Shown: positions 19,412 to 28,016 of the stretch, piece by piece
Position numbering within the stretch: position 1 is the stretch's first letter
How the letters are laid out: each line of letters opens with the position of its first letter
Origin: Thermodesulfobacteriota bacterium
Lineage (GTDB): Bacteria > Desulfobacterota > Desulfobulbia > Desulfobulbales > SURF-16
Assembly: GCA_040755455.1 (NCBI GenBank)
Contig: JBFMAY010000001.1
Location: forward strand, 96,001-160,000
Direction: 5' to 3'
DNA length: 64,000 nt
Translations under genes and position numbers: made by a program
Notes under the pieces: model-generated
The model's input: the letters and a program-made list of their open reading frames with translations, nothing else
Database searches by the model: none
Told to the model about the DNA's origin: nothing

Positions 19412-20098
19412 TTATGTCTTGTTTAAAGAGGGGATTAAAAGGCCGATTATCTTTTTTTCATCTCTGGCTTGCGATAGATCATTGACGTTGGCCTGCATTC
19501 TGGCTAGGGCTTCCTGCATGGCTGCTGCTGATTCATCATCAATCAGCGTGGTAAATTGTTCCTTTTCTCCGAGTAAACTGATGGTAATTTTGACGCAGCC
19601 TTCCTCTTCACCTGATGCGATCTCCATCCCGGCGCGGTTTTTGAGTTTCCTGAGCGCCATGGCGAACAACTTGAAAAAAACATACTGCACCAGAGATGGA
19701 TAATTGTAGATTGCCGGCAGGTTCTCATGCAGTTTGATTTTCAGATCAATCTCCTTGAGGCGCGCGAATCTTCGCAAAAATATGAGCTCTTCCTCCAGCA
19801 GGGTGTTCACCTGGAAAGAGGAAAGGGGCGTGTCGAGGCGATGGGCAAAACTGTTGAGATTGTTGGCCAGGTCCGTGGCCTGACCGACCCGGCCCTGAAT
19901 GGAGGTCACAATTTTTTCCAGTTTGGCGGCCACCGCTTCGTCCGTTACCCAGCCCATGGCGATCATGTCGCTGATCAGACCGTTGGATTCCTTGATGATG
20001 GCGAGATGATTCTTCAGGTCGTGGGTAAATCCGGCCAGTATCCGCCCGAAAAATTCAAGCTGTTGAGTGCGGAGTTCGTTATCCCTGTTCTCGTTCAT
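19412..20098 (-). CDS. Histidine-kinase-like protein with intact H-box and degenerate ATPase domain
   Basis: FFGRILAGFTHDLKNHLAII; no recognisable N, G1 or G2 boxes. Confidence 0.8.
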   Translation of the reverse strand: MNENRDNELRTQQLEFFGRILAGFTHDLKNHLAIIKESNGLISDMIAMGWVTDEAVAAKLEKIVTSIQGRVGQATDLANNLNSFAHRLDTPLSSFQVNTLLEEELIFLRRFARLKEIDLKIKLHENLPAIYNYPSLVQYVFFKLFAMALRKLKNRAGMEIASGEEEGCVKITISLLGEKEQFTTLIDDESAAAMQEALARMQANVNDLSQARDEKKIIGLLIPSLNKT

Positions 20099-20484
20099 GG
20101 CTGTTCCTTGCGGGTATTTCTTTGCTCATAGGCCTGATTTATTTTTTCCAGGAGGAGATCAAGATCAATCGGTTTCATGATGTAGTCGAAGGCGCCGCGC
20201 TCCATGCCCTCGATGCCGCTGGAGGTGGAGCCGTGGCCGGTCAGCATGATCACTTCAATGCTCGGATCATGCGCCTTGATGCCGTCCAGGACTTCCAGAC
20301 CGCTTAAGTCCGGCATTTTCAGATCCAGTATGACCACATCCGGCGGCCGGATAAGGATTGTTGCCAGTGCATCTTTGCCGTTATTAACGGTTTCCGCTGC
20401 GATGTCCCTCAAGCCAAGACGTTCCGCCAGGGTTTCGGCGAACTCCACCTCATCGTCAACGATTAATACTTTTATTTCACTCAT
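20095..20484 (-). CDS. Single-domain response regulator
   Basis: VLIVDDE, LDLKMP, LTGHGS, KP. Confidence 0.92.
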   Translation of the reverse strand: MSEIKVLIVDDEVEFAETLAERLGLRDIAAETVNNGKDALATILIRPPDVVILDLKMPDLSGLEVLDGIKAHDPSIEVIMLTGHGSTSSGIEGMERGAFDYIMKPIDLDLLLEKINQAYEQRNTRKEQP

Positions 20485-22225
20485 TTTGATCTCTCTCTGT
20501 TGATTTGTCCGGTTTAACCGGCAGGCGGATTTCAAAGGTCGCCCCTTTTCCGATTTCAGAATTTACCGTGATTTCCCCGCCGATTTTCTTAACCAGTCCA
20601 TAGGCAATTGAAAGTCCCAGGCCTGTGCCTTTACCCGGCGACTTGGTTGTAAAAAAAGGATCAAATATGTGTTGCAGAATATTTGGGGGAATTCCCGGGC
20701 CGCTGTCCTTGATTTGCACCACCACCTCTGTCTCCTGCAACCTGGTGATAATCGATATGAGTCCGTCCTTGCCGATGGCGTCGATGGCATTATTGATAAT
20801 ATTTAAAAAGATCTGTTGCAGTTGTCCCCGGTCGCAGAAGATCGTGGGCAGGTCTTCCTGGAAGTTCAGCTCCATGCGGATACGGCTATACATGGCCTCT
20901 TTTTCCAGGAAATTCAAGACCTCCTGTATCAATTCGTTCAGCTTGACTTCTTCGAGGATAACGTCCATGCGCCGGGCAAAACCAAGGAGTCGGTGGGTAA
21001 TGACCTTGCAGCGGCTGACGCTGTTCTGAATCCCCGTGATGGATGCGTAGAATTTATCCTTGTATTTGAAGTCACCGGTAAGCCCCAGCAGGTCCTGCAT
21101 CAGGCCGCTTTTCTGGTCAATAATTGCCAGGGGATTGTTGATTTCGTGGGCCACCCCGGCAGCCAGCCTGCCGATGGAGGCGAGCTTGTTGGAGTGCTCC
21201 GCATCCGTGAGAAGCGATTGCCTTTTTTCATCGGTTTCCCGGATACGGTTGGTGAGCATTGTTGAAAGAGAATAGGAAATTATCAGACAGGCGACCGAGC
21301 AGCACAGGACGATCAACAGCAGTCTCGATCGGAAGGAAAACCACGCTGCCTGGTGTATATACTTTTCTTTGATGAGCACCAGCAGCCACGGCGTATTATC
21401 AAGCGGGGCGCTGACCTGCAGGACATCCCCCATTCCCTTGTTCAGCTTGAGAATGTCGTGGATGTGCGAGGCGGTTTCGCATATCGGACAGAACTCCATG
21501 GCGTTGCCGAAATAGCGGGATGAGGTCTGCAGTTTGCCGGAATTGCTGACGATAAAGATATCATCTGACGCCTTGGTGTTGATGGTTGAGATGAATTCCT
21601 GCAGGGTGTCGGCATTGATGGTCGCCCGCAGGATCCAGAAATCCTCCGATTCAGGCAGCTTCTTGCTGATAGCGATGACAAAGTGGGGAATGTTGCGGTA
21701 GCCGAGAAAAACGTTGCTGACGTAAAAACCATGCCTTACCACCTGGTCAAACCATTCCTGCACCCGGTAATTATAACCCTGCAGTTTGTAAGGTCCGGAA
21801 TAAGTCAGCTGGATTCCCTGGGAGTCGATAACCCCAAGGTCAACAAAGCCGTTGTATTTTAATTTGAGGCGGATCAGCATGGCATCCAGGGTTTCCTGAT
21901 CCAGCATTTCTTCGCATCTGTCTTCCCTGACGACGAATTCGATGCTGGAATGCAGTTCATTTATCAAGGCCTGCAAGGTTTTCTGGGCACCTTCCAGATT
22001 CCACAGCAGCTGCTCCTTTTCCGTCGTCTGGAGAAGATCCCTGTATTGGAGAAAGCCTATTGCCGCAGTAATGCATGTCGGCAGCATGGAGATGGTGAGC
22101 ATGATTGTCAGGAGGGTGAGGCGAAATTTCTTGTATCGCTTATTGATGCCTGATCCATCATCAATACCGTATTCGTCATGTGGTAAAAACCTGGACATCC
22201 AGCGGTTTAAGATATTCATGCTCAT
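20477..22225 (-). CDS. NtrB-type membrane sensor histidine kinase with Cache domain
   Basis: 2 [33 protein letters not shown]. Confidence 0.93.
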   Translation of the reverse strand: MSMNILNRWMSRFLPHDEYGIDDGSGINKRYKKFRLTLLTIMLTISMLPTCITAAIGFLQYRDLLQTTEKEQLLWNLEGAQKTLQALINELHSSIEFVVREDRCEEMLDQETLDAMLIRLKLKYNGFVDLGVIDSQGIQLTYSGPYKLQGYNYRVQEWFDQVVRHGFYVSNVFLGYRNIPHFVIAISKKLPESEDFWILRATINADTLQEFISTINTKASDDIFIVSNSGKLQTSSRYFGNAMEFCPICETASHIHDILKLNKGMGDVLQVSAPLDNTPWLLVLIKEKYIHQAAWFSFRSRLLLIVLCCSVACLIISYSLSTMLTNRIRETDEKRQSLLTDAEHSNKLASIGRLAAGVAHEINNPLAIIDQKSGLMQDLLGLTGDFKYKDKFYASITGIQNSVSRCKVITHRLLGFARRMDVILEEVKLNELIQEVLNFLEKEAMYSRIRMELNFQEDLPTIFCDRGQLQQIFLNIINNAIDAIGKDGLISIITRLQETEVVVQIKDSGPGIPPNILQHIFDPFFTTKSPGKGTGLGLSIAYGLVKKIGGEITVNSEIGKGATFEIRLPVKPDKSTERDQNE

Positions 22226-22572
22226 AATGCCTCTTCGCCGACAGCGCCCGGCAATATGGTTCCTGAGGTAAGGCGGTTTTCAAGAACCAGCTGCAGGGCC
22301 TCTGCATAGGGTCCGATAACCGAGTCGAAAATTTTCTTTTTGATCCAGGAAAGGTATTTGTAATGCCGCTCCTCAATGCCGCCGCATACGACGATGGCTA
22401 TATTCTCTTTGGTGATAAAACTGCAGAGTTCATCCGCCGAAGGTCGTGAAATGAGAATGATTCTTGGTTTCTCGGTCAGTTTCTGCCCGTCGGATGACGC
22501 GATCAGAACCTCTGATACCATATCAAATCGCGGGGCCACGAAATTCCCCTGGATGGTGATCAGTATTTTCAT
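22222..22572 (-). CDS. NifB/NifX (dinitrogenase FeMo-cofactor-binding) family small protein
   Basis: VAPRFD and VVCGGIEE motifs; ~116 aa. Confidence 0.75.
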   Translation of the reverse strand: MKILITIQGNFVAPRFDMVSEVLIASSDGQKLTEKPRIILISRPSADELCSFITKENIAIVVCGGIEERHYKYLSWIKKKIFDSVIGPYAEALQLVLENRLTSGTILPGAVGEEAL

Positions 22573-22589
22573 AAGCTTTATATTCAAAT

Positions 22590-22690
22590 GTCAGAAGTCA
22601 AAAGTCAAAAGTCAAGGAGTCAGGAGACAGAATAACTGATTTTTCTCGGCCTTTCTTCTTTTTTTATTCTAATTTCTGTCTCTTGACTCT
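22590..22690. repeat. Heptamer-repeat hairpin element
   Basis: GTCAGAA GTCAAAA GTCAAAA GTCAAGGA GTCAGGA GACAGAA; 22616-22632 pairs with TTCTGTCTCTTGACTCT (22674-22690). Confidence 0.7.
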
Positions 22691-22704
22691 TTCAGTTGGT
22701 AAAT

Positions 22705-24087
22705 TTAAACAACCCCATGCATTTTCAATTTGCGCCACAGGGTTGTCCGTCCCCAGCCAAGTATCTTGGCGGCTTGGGAACGGTTTCCTCTTGTCTTTGT
22801 CAAAGCATCGAGAATTATCTCTTTCTCAATATCATTCCAGTTGCCCGCCCTGGGTTTCAATGGCTCAGGGGTTGAAATTTGTCCCTGCTGCCCGATGTCG
22901 TAAGCCTTTGGCTGCGTTATGCTGTTGCTGACCTGCCAGGTAGATATATATGGGGGCAGATGCTCCGTCCTGATTTTTTCCCCCTGGCATATGTTGGCTG
23001 CATACTCAATGATATTGTGGAGTTCACGCACGTTGCCGGGATAGGCATAAGACAACAGCTTGGAGAAGGCGTTTGCTGAGAATCCCTTGATGGATTTGTT
23101 TAATTTCGATTCGAATTCCTTGAGGAAATGGTCAAGCAGCAGGCGGATATCGTCTTCCCTTTCCCGCAGGGCAGGCAGATGGATGCGCAGAACATTGAGC
23201 CGATAAAAAAGGTCTTCACGGAATTTGCCTTGCTGGATCAGCTCGCGGAGGTCGCGATGGGTGGCGGCAATAATGCGGACATCCACCTCGACTTTCTGGG
23301 TGCCGCCCACCGGATAGAATTCCTTATTGTCAAGAACGGAAAGGATTTTTGCCTGCAGGGGCATCGGCAGATCGCCGATTTCCGTCAAAAATATCGTGCC
23401 GGCATGGGCCAGCCGTAATATGCCCGGCTTGTCCTTGACCGCGCCGGTAAAGGCACCTCGGGCATAACCGAATAACTCCGACTCGAGCAGTGATTCGGGG
23501 AGTGCACCGCAGTTGATCTTGATAAAAGGATGCCGGGCCCTTTGGGATGCCTTGTGAATGGCTTCGGCAATAAGATCTTTGCCCGTGCCGGTCTCGCCGG
23601 TGATAAGAACCGTGGCGTCGGTGTGGGCAAGAACAGGAATGAGTCCGTGCACTTCCTGCATCTTGGGGCTATGGCCGAGTATCACCTCGGCGCCGTCATA
23701 GAGGCGTTGACTCTTGTTTTGGTAGATGGAGGTGTCTTCCAGCACAACGAGCAGTCCGACAACATTGCCACGCTCGGCTCTGAGCGGGGATATGGTGAAC
23801 TGAACAGGAATTTTTTTGTGATCACGGTTGATGATGTTTCCTTCAATGGCTATCGATTCGCCTGTTTCCAGGGCCTTGTGAAAATGTTGGTTTTTGGGCC
23901 CCAGGTTGCAGCGTAGAATAAAGTTCCCGTATATCCCTCTGGCCTGGGCGATGGTATACCCAGTTAGAACTTCCAGGTAAGAGTTCATCTCCATAACGCG
24001 AAGCTCTGGGTCCAGGATGGCAATGGCGTGTGGAAAACCATTCAACAGTTCTGAAACAGCTATTTGAGGAAGAGATGATAATTTCAT
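22705..24087 (-). CDS. PAS-domain sigma-54-dependent activator (Fis HTH)
   Basis: GETGTGKD, ESELFG, GAFTGA, FREDLFYRLNV, PGNVREL, RTTLWRKLK. Confidence 0.93.
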   Translation of the reverse strand: MKLSSLPQIAVSELLNGFPHAIAILDPELRVMEMNSYLEVLTGYTIAQARGIYGNFILRCNLGPKNQHFHKALETGESIAIEGNIINRDHKKIPVQFTISPLRAERGNVVGLLVVLEDTSIYQNKSQRLYDGAEVILGHSPKMQEVHGLIPVLAHTDATVLITGETGTGKDLIAEAIHKASQRARHPFIKINCGALPESLLESELFGYARGAFTGAVKDKPGILRLAHAGTIFLTEIGDLPMPLQAKILSVLDNKEFYPVGGTQKVEVDVRIIAATHRDLRELIQQGKFREDLFYRLNVLRIHLPALREREDDIRLLLDHFLKEFESKLNKSIKGFSANAFSKLLSYAYPGNVRELHNIIEYAANICQGEKIRTEHLPPYISTWQVSNSITQPKAYDIGQQGQISTPEPLKPRAGNWNDIEKEIILDALTKTRGNRSQAAKILGWGRTTLWRKLKMHGVV

Positions 24088-24267
24088 TGGTTGCACGAGT
24101 TCATTTGTAGGATGCTCAGTTTCAGCCTTGCTGCATCTTGTTGAGTTTGCAAAAGTCTCCAACTTTAAATGCCGTTTGTTTACCTCTCTGCCGCAGTGGG
24201 AAGTCAATTAAACCCTGCTTGCCCCATGCCCCAGAAAACAACATGGCTGTTTTATAATGTTTACTAT

Positions 24268-24299
24268 TGTTTTAAACAATTCCTCTGTTTTAAACAATT
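24268..24299. promoter_or_regulatory. Tandem 14-bp direct repeat of a near-palindromic site
   Basis: TGTTTTAAACAATT at 24268-24281 and 24286-24299. Confidence 0.55.
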
Positions 24300-24877
24300 T
24301 CTTTTGGCAGTTGTTTCATAATCTTTTAGGTGCTGTTACCAAATAACCATGGCATTTCCATCCATTTCGTTACAACCCCTCAGGGGGGTAGTAGTGGTGG
24401 AATGGTGCCGTTTTTATTTTACAACGGCTTAGTCGCGCGATTTGTCGGGAAATCTCCCGCATGGATCTGGGGAGATGCAGCGCGTTAAGAGTTTTTTTTG
24501 TGATTGGTGTTGATCGCGGGGCGGCGAGTTTGCCAGGGATTTTATCTGCGAAATTGCATCACCTTTGCCGCATGGCGGAGAGTTTTTTTTCTCAGGTAGG
24601 CGATGATGACGCGCAAGCGGGATCGGGCAGTTTCTTGCAACCGGGATTACAGTTGTCCCCGGGAGTTCTGGGTGAAATTGGGAGAAATATATCATTTCTC
24701 CGCGGGGCGGCCACACTTCTTGATTCGGGAAGAGGGGTAATAAAAACCTGTACCGAATTTTTTCTGTGGAAAAAACAGTGTATGATTTCAGGTGATCTCG
24801 CAAAGCCTGAAATCAACAAAGAGGTTAGGGCGCATAGGCGGCTTTTTCTTCTGGTGATCCTCGTTACCTCATTGCTG

Positions 24878-25090
24878 GGATTTCTTTTCCAGCAGAACTT
24901 CCATGTCGCCGGTTTTTTCAAGAAAGTTCCCGGCTCCGAGCTTAATCGCCTCGAAGCCGCTTTCATTGTCCCGTGACCGGTCAATATGAGGATTACAAAG
25001 ATCAGGGCGCTTCTCCTGAGATGCGTTTCAACGTTTCCGGTTCATCAATAGCGGCATGGCGAGATCCACGATGATCGCATCAAAATTCTG
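24878..25090 (-). pseudogene. Frameshifted response-regulator receiver remnant
   Basis: Across frames: NFDAIIVDLAMP / ETLKRI / EKRPDL / ILILTGHGTMKA / FEAIKLGAGNFLEK / DMEVLLEK. Confidence 0.8.
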
Positions 25091-25138
25091 TTTTTCCTCC
25101 TTATTCGTCTTGGTGTCGCTTTAAGATTTCCCCCCCCT

Positions 25139-26398
25139 TCAGCCACCATATCTTCCGTTGCGGCTGCTTGCATTGCCGGTGGAAGCCATCTTGGCCGATT
25201 CCGCTATCGACTTGTATGCATCGTAAATGGTGGCGGACAGTTTCTCGATATCGGTCGGTTTCTGCAGATAGGCAAAGGCGCCGAGTTCCATGCAGATTTT
25301 CCGGTCGTCTTCCGTGCCGTGCCCGGTGAGAATAATGACCTTGATATTGGGATGTGTCTTCCTGGTCTGCCGCAGAACCTCGATGCCGTCAATGCCAGGC
25401 ATCTTCAGGTCGAGAACCATGACATCGGGCCGGTCATCTTTGAGAAGGTCCAGAGCCTGCTGCCCGTCATAGACCGCATGGGAACCCACATCACGGCTGA
25501 TCAAGCGTTCCGATAAGGTCTGGGCAAACTCTTTTTCGTCGTCCACCAGCAAAACCTTGGAGGGCAGTTCAAACTGCTGTTTGCGGTAGATGGAAATTTT
25601 GTAGTCCGGCCCCTTTACCACCTCAACAGATTTTACCCCCCCCACTGCCGAGGCAATGTCGCTCAATTCGCTTTCCAGTTTGCCGAAATTGAGCACGCTC
25701 TTGTTGACGGTGAGGCGGACTCCGCCGTTGTTCGCCGCCACTTCAATGTTGTGGCCTTTGCCGAGCAGGGCCAGTTCCACCTGGGCGCCAAGAGCCATAT
25801 CCTTGATGGCCTGTACCGAAGCGTCGGTTTTCTGCACGGCGCTTTTGTGCAGATTTTCCAGGATAATCTGGAGAACGTCCTTGGTGGTGTACTGGTCGGC
25901 AGGAATGACAATGTCATAAAGGAGAGGGCTCCATGCCTCTTTTTTATAGAGAAAATCGGTCAATTCGAAGGCGCTTGCGTCGCTTTTGTGGATCAGGCGT
26001 TTTGCCTCTTTTTCGGAGATGCCGGCGGCAACGGCCCTCTGGATTCTCTGCTCCTTGCTGCCGGCAATCAGCACTTTGAGAACATGGCTTATCCGGGCAG
26101 GAATCAGCAGGGTAATAAAGCCGTAATAGATGCATCGCTCGTTTTCGCCCAGTTTTTCCGACAGGGAGGATTTCAAGAAGGCAAGATGTTTTTCCTTTTC
26201 CAGGGTGAACTGGTTAAATACCGACATTTTCGTGTAAAGGGCCTGTTCCAGTTTGTTTTTGTCGACCTTGTACTTTGAGCAGGCGTCGGCAATAATGTCT
26301 TTATCGCTGATGACTTGTGATGCGGTGAGAGTCGACAGCTCGTTTATGATTTGCGTCTCGTTGGTAAAAGTGCTGGAAAACATGGCTATTGCTGGCAT
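25139..26398 (-). CDS. Cytidylate-kinase-like / BON-like / REC response regulator
   Basis: N-terminal kinase-like fold (HVLKVLIA, YDIVIP); C-terminal REC LLVDDE, LDLKMP, LTGHG, KP; AAGGAG RBS. Confidence 0.85.
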   Translation of the reverse strand: MPAIAMFSSTFTNETQIINELSTLTASQVISDKDIIADACSKYKVDKNKLEQALYTKMSVFNQFTLEKEKHLAFLKSSLSEKLGENERCIYYGFITLLIPARISHVLKVLIAGSKEQRIQRAVAAGISEKEAKRLIHKSDASAFELTDFLYKKEAWSPLLYDIVIPADQYTTKDVLQIILENLHKSAVQKTDASVQAIKDMALGAQVELALLGKGHNIEVAANNGGVRLTVNKSVLNFGKLESELSDIASAVGGVKSVEVVKGPDYKISIYRKQQFELPSKVLLVDDEKEFAQTLSERLISRDVGSHAVYDGQQALDLLKDDRPDVMVLDLKMPGIDGIEVLRQTRKTHPNIKVIILTGHGTEDDRKICMELGAFAYLQKPTDIEKLSATIYDAYKSIAESAKMASTGNASSRNGRYGG

Positions 26399-26469
26399 AT
26401 TGCTGCTCCTTTCTGGGAAAATTAATAAATGGAATGAGAACAGTGGGATGTTCTTTGTCTATCAAAATC

Positions 26470-26486
26470 TGCACATGGTGTACCGG
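26470..26486 (-). promoter_or_regulatory. Putative sigma-54 promoter
   Basis: Minus strand CCGGTACACCATGTGCA (GG-N10-GC), ~70 nt upstream of the 26398 start. Confidence 0.5.
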
Positions 26487-26555
26487 TTATGTTTTTGGGG
26501 GCAATGGCTTGCTTCCCTCGAGTGATGAATCGATATGACGAAATAAAGAACGCAA

Positions 26556-26587
26556 AAAAGGTGTTTCGGATGGGTGCAACACCTTTT
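26556..26587. promoter_or_regulatory. Inverted repeat, candidate activator site
   Basis: AAAAGGTGTT-N12-AACACCTTTT, perfect 10-bp arms, ~70-100 bp upstream of the putative sigma-54 motif. Confidence 0.5.
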
Positions 26588-27404
26588 CTTGTTGAAACGA
26601 GCGAAATGCGGGGGCGTGTTTCATGTGGTTTTATCGTGAAACTTTGGCGGCAGGGCCAGGTCGCAGGCTTTGTCGATGCATCAGCATGATCCTGTCGGGA
26701 TAAGGCAAATTTCGCGGATGGCATTGTCGTTTAACGTTCATAGGGTCGAGAAAGCAAATGAACATTTACCTCTGTTTAAGCCTGGTAGACGAATAAAAAA
26801 TCACCCAAGTCATATTTTTTTTTCACCCCCGTCTCCTGGTGAGAAGAGTTATTTTATTGTTTGCCAGAGAATTTTACGCCACGCAAGAAAAATCGCATGA
26901 TTATGGTCGCTTTTTGCAGGATTTTCGCTCGTTGTGGTAGCGGGGACGGCAGTTGTTCAGGCAATGGTGCCTGCTGCTTTCAGAAGCTTGTATCGGCAAT
27001 GTTCGTATGTTTGCCAATGATGAGAAAAGGCGGGGAAACCAGAGGGAGGGGGGGGCCATGGGAGTCATGGAGCCCGCCTGGCCGGATGTCTCCATGCTCA
27101 TGGGGCATGCCGCCGAATGTGGCGATCGTGGTGAGAAAAATTGACCTGATTGCCATGCCCTATGAACCGGCAGACATTTCAGGTCCATGTCAAAGAGCTT
27201 GTTACTTCACTTTTGCAGCTGCTATAATATCTCGTGATTTATGGAATTGATTTCTTTCCTTTTTTATCGGGATGGAAGAAGATGATAAAGATATCCGCGG
27301 CAGGGTAAAAGGCAGCAGAGAGGGCGGGATCGGGCGCTCTGATAAATCTCATCTGTAATCAGGTGTATGGTCTGGAGAAATTGCGGGAATGGTAGAAGAG
27401 GGGA

Positions 27405-28016
27405 ATGAATGATCGGTTAAATCCAGTCGCGCTTCTGCGGGCAATGTTCACCAATAAAGTGACGGCTTGGGCCCTCTGTGCCGTTCTTGTCGGGCTTCCC
27501 GTTATTTCGGGGAGTGCCTGCCTGCATGCGGAACCTGCGGAAGAGTATGCACTGAAGGCTGCCTTTGTCCTCAATTTTGCTAAATTTACCCAGTGGCCGG
27601 CTGAAGCTTTCAGCGATGCCGCGGATAGGCTTGATCTCTGTGTGGTCGGCGATCCGCTCATGCGCAAGGTTTTTAAGGAAATTGACGGCCAGAAGGTCGA
27701 CAAGAGGTTCATGCGGGTCATTTTTGTCGAGGGAACCGGCGAACTGCCCGGCTGTGCGCTGCTTTTTGTCGGCAGAACGACGGACCGGGATACCCTGCTG
27801 AAACTCATAGCAGCTGTTGCGGGGAAACCTGTTCTAACCATTGGTGAAACTGATGACTTTGCCCGTATTGGCGGTGTGATGAATTTTATCGTTAATGATG
27901 GAAAACTCCATTTTGAAGTTAATCCGGAAACGGCCCGGCAGCAGAAACTGACCCAGAGTTCCCGTCTGTTGAAGCTGGCGACCATTGTCACCGGAAGAAA
28001 CCCAGAGGACAGGTAA
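27405..28016 (+). CDS. yfiR: YfiR-family periplasmic protein
   Basis: [38 protein letters not shown]. Confidence 0.9.
   Translation: MNDRLNPVALLRAMFTNKVTAWALCAVLVGLPVISGSACLHAEPAEEYALKAAFVLNFAKFTQWPAEAFSDAADRLDLCVVGDPLMRKVFKEIDGQKVDKRFMRVIFVEGTGELPGCALLFVGRTTDRDTLLKLIAAVAGKPVLTIGETDDFARIGGVMNFIVNDGKLHFEVNPETARQQKLTQSSRLLKLATIVTGRNPEDR

Noticed and set aside
24350..24410. Long imperfect hairpin as a possible ncRNA
   Set aside because: Pairing is weak and irregular; no family features.
24429..24984. ORFs 24461-24976 (+), 24429-24803 (-), 24592-24984 (-)
   Set aside because: No recognisable protein features; the only motif (TGHG) belongs to the receiver pseudogene.
26422..27250. Short ORFs and an imperfect hairpin (~27056-27103) in the 1-kb divergent intergenic region
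   Set aside because: No RBS or motif support, and no match to an RNA family I can recognise.
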